DNA from: Solirubrobacteraceae bacterium
GTDB lineage: Bacteria; Actinomycetota; Thermoleophilia; Solirubrobacterales; Solirubrobacteraceae
Reading direction: 5' to 3'
Length of the DNA stretch: 64,000 bases
Assembly (NCBI GenBank): GCA_035503035.1
Contig: DATJTS010000034.1
Coordinates: 2,791-66,790, forward strand
A program made the position numbers and the translations under genes. Below the pieces are notes generated by a model. The model saw only the letters and a list, made by a program, of their open reading frames with translations, was not told where the DNA came from and ran no database searches. Numbering within the stretch: position 1 is the first letter of the stretch; each line of letters begins with the position of its first letter. Positions 31,062-40,500 of the stretch are shown in pieces.

Positions 31062-32417
31062 TTGGGCCGGCGCGTGCTGGTCGTGGCCGCGGTGCTGGTG
31101 GTGGCGCTCGGCCTGCGGGTGGCGTTCGTGGAGACGACCTCCTACCGGGCCGTCAACGACGCCGGGACCTACAACCGCTTCGCCGCCGCGATCGCCATGG
31201 ACGGCGACTACACGACGGGATCGAACGGGCCGGGCACGGGCGCCGGCGGCTCGCGCGGTCCGACCGCCTACTTCCCGCCGGGGTATTCATATTCATTGGC
31301 GCTGGCCGACGTGCTGGACGGGCACTCCTCTGGGGGTCGCACGGCTCTGCCGGGGGAGCGGCTGGAGAACGCGGCGTTCGGGACTGTGACGGTGGCGCTG
31401 GTCGGGCTGGTCGCCTTGGAGATGTGTGGCGCGGGTGTTGCGCTGGCGGCGCTGGCGCTGGCCGCGGTCGATCCGGTGCTGATCGAGCTGTCGGGGGTGT
31501 TGGTGGCCGAGAACCTGCTGGTCGTGCTGGAGCTTGGTGCGGTGTGGGCCGGGCTCCGGGCGCGGGGGTCTCCGCGGCCGTGGCGGTGGATTGCGGCTGC
31601 GGGGGTGCTCACCGGGCTCGCGACGCTGACCCACGAGAACGCGGTGGTGATGGTGCTGCCGCTGGCTGTGGCGGCGTGGGTCGCGGTGGCTCGCCGGGGT
31701 GCGGGGCGGAAAACGACAACATTTCGCGCGTTTGCCGCCCCGCACTCGGAGGGGGGTGCGCGGCGCGGGGTGCTCGCCGTGGCGCTGCTGCTCGCCTGCA
31801 CGGCCGCCGCGATCGCGCCGTGGACGGTCCGCAACGCGCTGCAGCTGCACCGGTTCGTGCCGGTCGCCGATGAGGCCGGGATCACGCTGCGGGGCACCTA
31901 CAACCCCGCGTCTGCCGGCGACCGGTCGATCCCCTACAAGTGGCGGCTCTTCTGGTTCGTCCCGGCGGACCAGGGACTCCGCCACCGCGCCGGCACGATG
32001 AGCGAGGACACGCTCTCCGCGGCGCTCGAGCATCGCGCGCTGCAGTACATCGAGCGCCACCCGACCGCACCACTCGCCGCGGGCGCCGACAACCTCGCGC
32101 GGATGTTCGAGCTTGAGGGCTCGGCCGCGTGGGAGGCAACGGCGAAGGCCGTCGACCTGTCCGTCGACGACGCCCGCATCGGCGTCATCGCGTTCTGGGT
32201 GCTGTGCCTGCTGGCGCTGGGCGGACTGGCCACCCGCGCCGCCCGGGGCGCGCCGCGCTGGCCGTGGGCGGTGCCGGTGCTGTTCGCGCTGTCGGTGCTC
32301 TTCGTCAACGTGGAGACCCCGCGATTCCGGGAGCCGATCGACCCGTTCCTGCTGGTGCTCGCCGGCTGTGCGGTCGAGGCGCTCGTCCGCCGTCGCCCGG
32401 CACGCTCGCGGCCGTAA
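31062..32417 (+). CDS. GT-C (ArnT-like) membrane glycosyltransferase
   Basis: NDAGTY, TAYFPPGY, AENL, PWTVRN, PRFREPI; start uncertain (31062/31074). Confidence 0.8.
   Translation: MGRRVLVVAAVLVVALGLRVAFVETTSYRAVNDAGTYNRFAAAIAMDGDYTTGSNGPGTGAGGSRGPTAYFPPGYSYSLALADVLDGHSSGGRTALPGERLENAAFGTVTVALVGLVALEMCGAGVALAALALAAVDPVLIELSGVLVAENLLVVLELGAVWAGLRARGSPRPWRWIAAAGVLTGLATLTHENAVVMVLPLAVAAWVAVARRGAGRKTTTFRAFAAPHSEGGARRGVLAVALLLACTAAAIAPWTVRNALQLHRFVPVADEAGITLRGTYNPASAGDRSIPYKWRLFWFVPADQGLRHRAGTMSEDTLSAALEHRALQYIERHPTAPLAAGADNLARMFELEGSAAWEATAKAVDLSVDDARIGVIAFWVLCLLALGGLATRAARGAPRWPWAVPVLFALSVLFVNVETPRFREPIDPFLLVLAGCAVEALVRRRPARSRP
31699..31745. repeat. REP-like palindrome inside a coding sequence
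   Basis: GTGCGGGGCGGAAAACG / CGTTTGCCGCCCCGCAC arms (16/17 complementary), 13-nt loop. Confidence 0.75.
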
Positions 32418-32427
32418 GATCCGGCGC

Positions 32428-33306
32428 ATGAGCGAGCGCGACGTCACCGCGGCCGACGGGCGGAGGCTGCGGATCACGGAGGAGGGGGACCCGAACGGGA
32501 CGCCGATCCTGTGGCTGCACGGCACGCCCGGATCGCGGTTGGTCGACTCGATCAGCGGGGCCCACGCGCGGGAGAGGGGGATCCGGCTCATCGGCTACGA
32601 CCGGCCCGGCTGCGGCTACTCGGACCGGCAGGACGGGCGCAACGTCGCCGATTGCGCTGCCGATGTGCGAGCGATCGCGGCCGCGCTCGGGATCGAACGG
32701 TTGGCGGTATGGGGCATCTCAGGCGGCGGGCCGCACGCCGCGGCCTGTGCAGCGCTCCTGGAGGGCCTCGTGCCCGCGGTGGCCGTGCTCGGCTCGATCG
32801 CCCCCTACGGCGCACCAGGGCTCGACTACTTCACAGGGATGGGCGAGGCCAACGTCGAGGACATCCAGCTGCAGCTGAAGGAGCCCGATGCGTCCCACGC
32901 GCGTTTTGCTGAGCAGCGCCGCGAGTTGCTCGACGGGGACCTCGACGCGATCATGGAAGGCTGGCGCTCGCTGATCTCGCCTGTCGACGTCGCCGCGCTC
33001 ACCGCTGAATTCGGCGCCTCGCTGCTCGCCCAGATCAAGGAAGGACTGCGCCCGTCTGTCGAGGGCTGGTGGGACGACTGCGTGGCCCATCTGAGCGACT
33101 GGGGGTTCGGGCTGACCCAGATCAGGACGCCGGTGCTCGTCGTCCATGGCCGTCACGACCGCTTCGTTCCGTTCTCGCACGGTGAATGGCTCGCCCAGTC
33201 GATTCCCACCGCCGAGCCGATGCTGCTGGAGGACGAAGGCCACATCAGCCTGATCACGAACCGTCTGGACGAGATCGAGGACTGGCTGCTCGCGCGGATG
33301 ACCTGA
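32428..33306 (+). CDS. alpha/beta hydrolase
   Basis: HGTPGSR, DRPGCG, GISGGG nucleophile elbow, HG..D..VP, EGH. Confidence 0.92.
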   Translation: MSERDVTAADGRRLRITEEGDPNGTPILWLHGTPGSRLVDSISGAHARERGIRLIGYDRPGCGYSDRQDGRNVADCAADVRAIAAALGIERLAVWGISGGGPHAAACAALLEGLVPAVAVLGSIAPYGAPGLDYFTGMGEANVEDIQLQLKEPDASHARFAEQRRELLDGDLDAIMEGWRSLISPVDVAALTAEFGASLLAQIKEGLRPSVEGWWDDCVAHLSDWGFGLTQIRTPVLVVHGRHDRFVPFSHGEWLAQSIPTAEPMLLEDEGHISLITNRLDEIEDWLLARMT

Positions 33307-33395
33307 CCCGCGGGCGACCGGCCCAGTTAAGGGCTGGATGAATTGGTCGATAGACCGGGGCACCGGGCGCGAGCCCCCGCGCCCGGGCCAATCCC

Positions 33396-33986
33396 ATGTC
33401 CGTCCTGCCCCACACTCGCTCCCGCCTGCGTCCCGGTGCCGCGCGAGCCAACGCGACCGCCGGAGGCCGCGAGCACGTCGCCCGGACCGGACCCCTCGTC
33501 ATCCGGCTGCTGTTCGGAGCCGCCTGGGGCATCGACGCGGGCCTCAAATGGCTGCCGGGCTTCCGCCAGAACTTCCTGCCGATGCTGCGCGACGCCGCCA
33601 AGGGCCAGCCGTCGTGGTTGCACGGCTGGTTCCACACCTGGATCGTCGTGCAGTCGCACGCTCCCGGCCTGTTCGTCACGCTCACCGCACTCACCGAGAC
33701 GCTGCTCGCACTCGTCCTGCTGCTCGGTGTCGCCCGCCGCGCCGGGTACGTGCTGGGGATCGGCTGGTCGCTGATCGTGTGGGCGGTCGCCGAGGGCTTC
33801 GGCGGCCCGTACATGTCGGGGTCCACCGATATCGGCTGCTGCATCATGTACGCGCTGCTGTTCGGCGCGCTGCTCGTGTTCGCGCCGTCGGCGGAGAACG
33901 AGCGCTTCTGCCTGGACCGGGTGCTGATCGCCCGCTGGTCCTGGTGGCGCCGTCTGGCCGAGCCGCACGCCGGCGACCGGCGCTAG
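33396..33986 (+). CDS. DoxX/DoxD-like membrane protein
   Basis: RLLFGAAW.IDA.LKW.P.F, E..LA..LLLG, W..EGFGGPY..GSTDIG. Confidence 0.7.
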   Translation: MSVLPHTRSRLRPGAARANATAGGREHVARTGPLVIRLLFGAAWGIDAGLKWLPGFRQNFLPMLRDAAKGQPSWLHGWFHTWIVVQSHAPGLFVTLTALTETLLALVLLLGVARRAGYVLGIGWSLIVWAVAEGFGGPYMSGSTDIGCCIMYALLFGALLVFAPSAENERFCLDRVLIARWSWWRRLAEPHAGDRR

Positions 33987-34026
33987 CCCGCCCGGACTGG
34001 TTCGCGGGGCCGCCGCGGCGGCGCGG

Positions 34027-35427
34027 TCAGCTCAGGTCGCGGATGCGATTGAGCGCGTCGAGCCCCGCGACCTTGTAGGCCTCGGCGAGGGTCGGATAGT
34101 TGAACACCGCCGAGACCAGGAAGTCCAGACCGGCCTCGCGGTCCATGAGCGCCTGGCCGATGTGGACCAGATCGGTCGCCTGCGCGCCGATCACGTGGAC
34201 GCCGAGCAGCCGCCGATCCTCCGGTGAGACGAGGATCTTGAGCAGGCCGTCGTCCTCTCGGAGCATCATCGCCTTGGCCAGCTCGCGCCACCAGGCGATT
34301 CCGGCGACGTACGGAATGGCAGCCTCCGTGAGCTCCTCCTCCGTGCGCCCCACGTAGGAGATCTCCGGGATCGAGTAGATCCCGATCGGGACCAGTTCGG
34401 GCATGTGATAGACGGGCTCCCCGAACGCCGCGAGCGCCGCGATGCGTCCCTGTTCCATGCCGGTCGCGGCCAGGCCGGGAGGGCCGGCGACGTCGCCGAC
34501 GGCGAAGATGTGCGGTACCGAGGTCCGGTACTCCTCGTCGACCTCGACCCGCCCGCGCTTGTCGCAGTCCAGGCCGGCGTTGCCGAGCGCGAGCCCCTCG
34601 GTCGCGCCCTGGCGGCCGGTCGCATACATGAGCGTGTCGGAGACGATCTCCTTGCCGGACTTCAGCCGGCAGACCACGCAGTCATCGCGCCGCTCGACGC
34701 CGATGACCTCCTCGTTGAAGCGGAACGCGACGTTGCGCTTGCGCAGCAGGAACCGCAGCGAGACGCCGATGTCGCGGTCGACGAACGGCAGCAGCCGGTC
34801 GCGCGCATCGACCAGCGTCACGCGGGCGCCCATCGCAGCGAACATCGAGGTGTACTCGATGCCGATCACCCCACCGCCGACGATCGTCATCCTCTTGCAC
34901 GCGGCGTAGTCGAGGCCGAGGACGCCGTCGGAGTCGATCACGCGGCGGTCGTCGAAGTCGACCCCCTTGGGCCGCGCCGGGTTGGTGCCGACCGCGATCA
35001 CGATCTTCTCGGCGCTGACGTGCATCTCGCCGCCATCCTCGTCGCAGCCGGTGATGTGCACCGTGTTCGCGTCTTCGAACGCCGCCGAGCCGATCAGCAG
35101 CCCGACGCCGTTGCGGCGGAACTGCTCACGCACCACCGCGGTCTCGTTGGCGACGACGTGCGCAACGCGGTCATGCAGGAGGTGGACGCGGGCAGTGCCC
35201 TCGCGCTCGGGATGCAGGGGATCGGCGAGGTCCGACCCGCGGGCGGCCATCGCCTCGAGGATCGACTGGCGCAGCGACTTGGACGGGATCGTGCCGCTGT
35301 GGATGGAGACGCCGCCGATGCGATCACGGCGCTCCACGACGCCGACGCGCTTGCCGAGCTTTGCGGCCTGGATGGCGGCCCGCTGCCCGCCGGGGCCCGA
35401 GCCGATGACGAGAAGATCAAGATCCAT
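34027..35427 (-). CDS. sthA: soluble pyridine nucleotide transhydrogenase
   Basis: GSGPGG..AA.QAAK, GTIPSK, GGGVIG.EY, GIYSIPEI, FNYPTLAEAYKVA. Confidence 0.9.
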   Translation of the reverse strand: MDLDLLVIGSGPGGQRAAIQAAKLGKRVGVVERRDRIGGVSIHSGTIPSKSLRQSILEAMAARGSDLADPLHPEREGTARVHLLHDRVAHVVANETAVVREQFRRNGVGLLIGSAAFEDANTVHITGCDEDGGEMHVSAEKIVIAVGTNPARPKGVDFDDRRVIDSDGVLGLDYAACKRMTIVGGGVIGIEYTSMFAAMGARVTLVDARDRLLPFVDRDIGVSLRFLLRKRNVAFRFNEEVIGVERRDDCVVCRLKSGKEIVSDTLMYATGRQGATEGLALGNAGLDCDKRGRVEVDEEYRTSVPHIFAVGDVAGPPGLAATGMEQGRIAALAAFGEPVYHMPELVPIGIYSIPEISYVGRTEEELTEAAIPYVAGIAWWRELAKAMMLREDDGLLKILVSPEDRRLLGVHVIGAQATDLVHIGQALMDREAGLDFLVSAVFNYPTLAEAYKVAGLDALNRIRDLS

Positions 35428-35468
35428 ATGGTTGTGTCATCGGCCCCTGCGCGGCGATATCAAGGCGC

Positions 35469-36494
35469 TTACTGAGCGGTGCGCCAGTCCGGCGTGGTGG
35501 GCGAGCGTCCCAGCTGGCGGGTCACGACGAGCGAGTCGAGGTGGGCGAGCGCCTCGCCCGAGCCGACCGCCACGCACGTGAGCGGGGACTCCGCGCGGTA
35601 GACCGGCATGCCGGTGTCAGCGGCCACCATCTCCGGGAAGCCGCGGATGAGCGTGCCCCCGCCGGCGAGCAGGATCCCGTCCCGGGCGATGTCGGAGGCG
35701 AGCTCGGGCGGGGTCTGCTCCAGGGTGTCCCGGATCGCCTGCAGGATCTCGCGCAGAGGTCCGGAGATCGCGTCGCGGACCTCCTCGGAGTGCAGCTGAA
35801 CCGCGGTCGGCAGTCCGGTGACGAGATGGCGGCCGCGGACCTCGATCGACTGCTCGTGCTCGCCGAGCGGGATCGCCGAACCGATCTCGATCTTGATCGA
35901 CTCCGCCGTCCGGGAGCCGATCGCCAGCTGGTAGACCGAGCGCAGGTAGTGGCCGATCGCCTCGTCCATCTCATAGCCGCCGACCCGGACCGAGCGCGCG
36001 ATCACGATCCCGCCGAGCGAGATCACCGCCATCTCGCTGGTGCCGCCGCCGACGTCGACGACCATCCGGCCGACGGGCTCCTCGATCGCGACCCCGGCGC
36101 CGATCGCCGCCGCGATCGGCTCCTCGATCAGCTGCACGCGCCGCGCGCCCGCGGCCAGCGAGGCCTCCTCGACGGCTCGCTTCTCCACCTCGGTGACGCC
36201 CGAGGGCGCGCACACGATCAGCCGCGGGTGGGCGGTGCGGCGATCGATCACCTTGCGGATGAAGTAGCGCAGCATCTCCTCGGTGACCTCGAAGTCGGCG
36301 ATCACCCCGTGGCGCAGCGGCCGGGTGGCCGAGATCGTCGCCGGCGTACGGCCGATCATCCGCTCGGCCTCGTTGCCGACGGCGTGGACCTCGCCGGTGG
36401 AGACGTCGGAGGCGACGACCGACGGCTCGGAGACCACGATTCCCCGGCCACCGACGTACACGAGGGTGTTCGCCGTCCCGAGATCGATCGCCAT
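35469..36494 (-). CDS. mreB: MreB/Mbl family actin homologue (stand-alone paralogue)
   Basis: MAIDLGTANT, GVIADF, IEEP.AAAIGAG, VDVGGGT, PPELASDI; start could extend to 36503 or 36569. Confidence 0.88.
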   Translation of the reverse strand: MAIDLGTANTLVYVGGRGIVVSEPSVVASDVSTGEVHAVGNEAERMIGRTPATISATRPLRHGVIADFEVTEEMLRYFIRKVIDRRTAHPRLIVCAPSGVTEVEKRAVEEASLAAGARRVQLIEEPIAAAIGAGVAIEEPVGRMVVDVGGGTSEMAVISLGGIVIARSVRVGGYEMDEAIGHYLRSVYQLAIGSRTAESIKIEIGSAIPLGEHEQSIEVRGRHLVTGLPTAVQLHSEEVRDAISGPLREILQAIRDTLEQTPPELASDIARDGILLAGGGTLIRGFPEMVAADTGMPVYRAESPLTCVAVGSGEALAHLDSLVVTRQLGRSPTTPDWRTAQ

Positions 36495-36636
36495 GTCGTG
36501 CACGCCGAGGTTCGGAATGATCGTTCGGCGCGAGTTATCGCGTCGTGACCCGTCGCGGCGAAGACGCATCGGCTGGAGATTAGTGGGCGATTGTTGTGGT
36601 GTGGGCCTTGCAACGAGACGGGCAGAATGAACGGAG

Positions 36637-37542
36637 ATGTCGTTGCGTCCCCATCGGCTCCTCGTCGGTCTGCTGCTCTCGTTGGCGACCTGGGTCGCGG
36701 TTGCCGCGATCGGCGCCCGCTGGATGGACGATCAGCTGCTCAGCCGCAGCGGATGGGCCTCGACGAGCCACCGCCTGATCGCCGATCGCCATGTCCGGCG
36801 GGCGATTGCGGGATTCTCGGTGGACCAGGCATTCGGCGCCGCCGGAATCGATGCCGAGCTTTCGCGGGTGCTCCCCGGGAGCGTCGCCGGCGCGGCGAAG
36901 CAACGACTGCGGTCGGCCGCAACGACCGCGGCCGACACCGTGCTCTCGACCCGGGCAGGGCGACGGGCGTGGCAGCGGGCCACCGATCAGGCGCAGTCCG
37001 ACCTGCTCGCCGCCGTCGACTCACCGAACCAGCGCCGGGCGGTCGTGCTCAACCTCTCCCCCCTGTTGTCCGACATCGTGGGCTCGGTTGCAGGCAGCGC
37101 CGCTGCCAGGGCGATCCCCGGAAGCTCCCAGGTGCTCACCGTCCGCTCGCCGACGGCGGGGAGACTGGTCGTGCTGCGACCCCACCGACTGCGCGGCCTG
37201 CGGACCGGGGTCTCGACCGCCCGCACGCTCGCCTGGGCGCTGCCGGTGATCGCGCTCGGGCTCTACGCGCTGGTGCTGCTGCTCGCCATCGGCTGGCGCG
37301 CCCGGGCGCTGTCGCGGATCGGCTACTCGCTGGCCGCCGCGGGCGCGATCGCGCTCGCGCTGCGCTATGTGCTGCAGTACCCGCTCTCCGCGGTGTTCGT
37401 CAGCTCCTCGAGCGACCGGACCGCGGTGCGGGCGGCATGGCTGATCGGCACCAGCGACGCCCGCTCGCTCGGGCTCGAGGTGCTGATCGCGGGAGGCGTG
37501 ATCGCGGTGGTCAGCTGGGTGCTCCGCGCGGTCTCGCGCTGA
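36637..37542 (+). CDS. hypothetical integral membrane protein
   Basis: RBS GGAG, N-terminal TM plus three C-terminal TM segments. Confidence 0.7.
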   Translation: MSLRPHRLLVGLLLSLATWVAVAAIGARWMDDQLLSRSGWASTSHRLIADRHVRRAIAGFSVDQAFGAAGIDAELSRVLPGSVAGAAKQRLRSAATTAADTVLSTRAGRRAWQRATDQAQSDLLAAVDSPNQRRAVVLNLSPLLSDIVGSVAGSAAARAIPGSSQVLTVRSPTAGRLVVLRPHRLRGLRTGVSTARTLAWALPVIALGLYALVLLLAIGWRARALSRIGYSLAAAGAIALALRYVLQYPLSAVFVSSSSDRTAVRAAWLIGTSDARSLGLEVLIAGGVIAVVSWVLRAVSR

Positions 37543-37552
37543 GCGCCGCGCC

Positions 37553-40500
37553 TTACCGGTCGCCCGGCGAGACGCGCGGGTACTGGCTGACCCGGACGGC
37601 CGCGTCCAGTGCGGTGCGCACGATGCGGGCCTGCTCGGTGGCGTGGGCGATCGGGTAGCCCTCGCCGGAGGCGGCGCGCTCGGGGCGGCCCACGTAACCG
37701 AAGGAGAGGTTCTCCGGCAGGATCTGAAGCAGGCGCGGTGACATGAACGCGCGGGCGCCCATGTTGCGCGGCTCCTCCTGGACCCAGACGACCTCCTCGA
37801 GCTTCGGATAACGCTCGATCAGCGTGAGGATCTCGCCCTGTGGGAACGGGTAGAGCAGCTCGACGCGGCCGAGCGCGACGCCCGGGTTCTCCTCGCGCAG
37901 CGGGGAGCCGAGCAGGTCGTAGTAGACCTTGCCGCTGCAGAGCACCAGCCGGGTGACGTGCTCCGGATCGACGGCGCGATCCTCGAGCACCGCGGAGAAA
38001 CGGCCCTCGGCGAGCTCCTCGACGCGGCTGGCGGCCTGCGGCAGGCGCAGCAGCTGCTTGGGGGTCATGATGATCAGCGGCCGCTGCTTGGCGATCCGGG
38101 CCTGGCGTCGCAGCAGATGGAAGTACTGGGCCGGCGTCGTCGTGTTGGCGACGCGGATGTTGCCCTCGGCGGCGAGCTGCAGGTAGCGCTCCAGGCGCGC
38201 CGAGGAGTGCTCGGGGCCCGCGCCCTCGTAGCCATGCGGCAGCAGGAACGTCAGTCGCGAGGTCTGGCCCCACTTGGCCAGGCCGGAGGTGATGAACTGG
38301 TCGATGATCACCTGCGCGCCGTTGGCGAAGTCGCCGAACTGCGCCTCCCACAGGACGAGCGTCTCCGGCCCCTCCTCGGAGTAGCCGTATTCGAAGCCGA
38401 CGCACGCCATCTCCGAGAGCGGGCTGTTGTGCAGCTCCATCGGCGACATCGCGCCCGGCAGGTGCTGGATCGCGCAATGCTCCTGGCCGGTCTTGGCGTC
38501 GTGCAGGACGAGATGGCGCTGGCTGAAGGTACCGCGCTCGGCGTCCTGACCGGTGAGGCGAATCGGGATGCCCTCCGAGAGCAGCGAGGCGTACGCGAGC
38601 GACTCGGCGTGCGCCCACTGGATCATCGGCTTCTCGGTGCCCTCCTGGATCGCCTCCCGGCGCTGCTCGAGCTGCTTGACCAGCTTGGGATGGACCGTGA
38701 AGCCGTCGGGGACACTGAGCAGCTCCTCGTTGAGCACCTGCAGGCGCTCGAGCGGGACGGCCGTGTTGACCTCGGGCGAGGGCGTGCGATCGAGCTTGTA
38801 CTCGCCGGTCGGCTGGTCGTGCGCGGCGTCCTTGACGGCCTCGACCCGGTCCTTGAGCTCCTGATGGGTCTCCGACAGCTCGGCCCAGACGCGGTCGGTC
38901 ATCTCAGTCGATTCCTGCTCGGTGACGACGCCCTTGTCGATCAGCTGGCGGGCGAACAGCTCGCGCACCGGCGGGTGCTTCTTGATGACCGCGTACATCT
39001 CCGGCTGCGTGTAAGCGGGCTCGTCGGCCTCGTTGTGGCCGAAGCGGCGGTAGCCGATCAGGTCGATCAGCACGTCGTGGCCGAACTCCTGGCGATAGGC
39101 GAAGGCGAGCCGGATCGCGGAGACGCAGGCCTCCACGTCGTCGGCGTTGACGTGGATGATCGGGACGTCGAAGCCCTTGGCCAGGTCCGAGGCCATCGTG
39201 GTCGAGCGCGAGTCGTCGGGATCGGTGGTGAAGCCGACCTGGTTGTTCTGGATGATGTGGACCGAGCCGCCGACCGTGTAGCCGTCGAGCGCCTGCAGGT
39301 TGAGGGTCTCGGCGACGACGCCCTGACCGGGGAACGCGGCATCGCCGTGCAGGATGATCGGGATGGCGGCGTTGGTGTCCTGATGGGCGTGCGGGCCCTG
39401 ACGGGTGGTCTGCGCGGCGCGGGTGGCGCCCACGACGACCGGGTCGACGAACTCCAGGTGCGACGGGTTGGACTCCAGGCGCACCGTGATCGACTCGCCG
39501 CCCAGCAGCTGGTAGGTGCCCTCGGCGCCGTGGTGGTACTTGACGTCGCCGGTGCCGCCCTCGGGGATCGAGGTGATCGGCTCGAGCGTCTTCGATCCCT
39601 CGAACTCGGCGAAGATCGTCCCGTAGGGGCGCCCGAGGTTGTGCGCGAGCACATTCAAGCGGCCGCGGTGGGCCATGCCGATCACGACCTCGCGGGTGCC
39701 GCGAGTTCCGGAGAGCTGGATCAGCTCGTCGATCATCGGCACCGTCATGTCCAGGCCCTCGACCGAGAACTGCTTCTGCCCCAGGTAGCTCTTGTGCATG
39801 AAGCGCTCAAACGCGTCCACCTCGGTGAGGCGGCGCAGCAGGCGCTTCTGCTCGTCGGTGGTGAGCGGCTGGCGGAACTGACCGGACTCGATCGCCTCGC
39901 GCAGCCACAGCCGCTGGCGGTTGGAGGCGATGTGCTCGATCTCGTAGGCCATCGTCCCGCAGTAGGTCTCACGCAGGCGCGGCAGCGCGTCGGCAAGCGT
40001 CCCGCCCGGCACGTACATACGGAGGATGTGGGCGGGGATCCGCTCCATGATCTCGGGGGTGAGCCCCAGCGGTCCCGGATCCAGTGACGGGTCTGACGCC
40101 GGCTCGCGCCCGAGCGGATCGAGACGGGCGGCGAGGTGGCCGTGGGTGCGGTGCGCCTTGAGCAGCGAGGTGGCGGCCTGGACGGCTTGCAGCAGCTTCT
40201 CATCGACCTGGCCGCCTGTCGTGCGCTCGGCGGTGGGCGCGGCAGCGGCGGGCGCCGGCGCGGACGGCTGCGGGGGCGCGGGCAGCTCGGGCAGGGTCAC
40301 TCCGAGATCGGCGAAGACCCGCTGGTAGAAGTCGTTCTCGCCCTGGAGCAGGCCCTCGACGCGCTGCAGGAAACGGCCGGACTCGGCGCCCTGGATGATC
40401 CGGTGGTCGTAGGTCGAGGTCATGGTCATGACCTTCTCGGCCCCGATCTGGGCACCGATCCGCTCCAGGCCGACCGGATAGGCGATCGAGCCGGTGGCCA

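Noticed and set aside
35270-35320. SthA lacking redox cysteines (GGVSIHSGTIPSK)
   Set aside because: SthA does not use the redox disulfide, and Ser variants are ordinary for the family.
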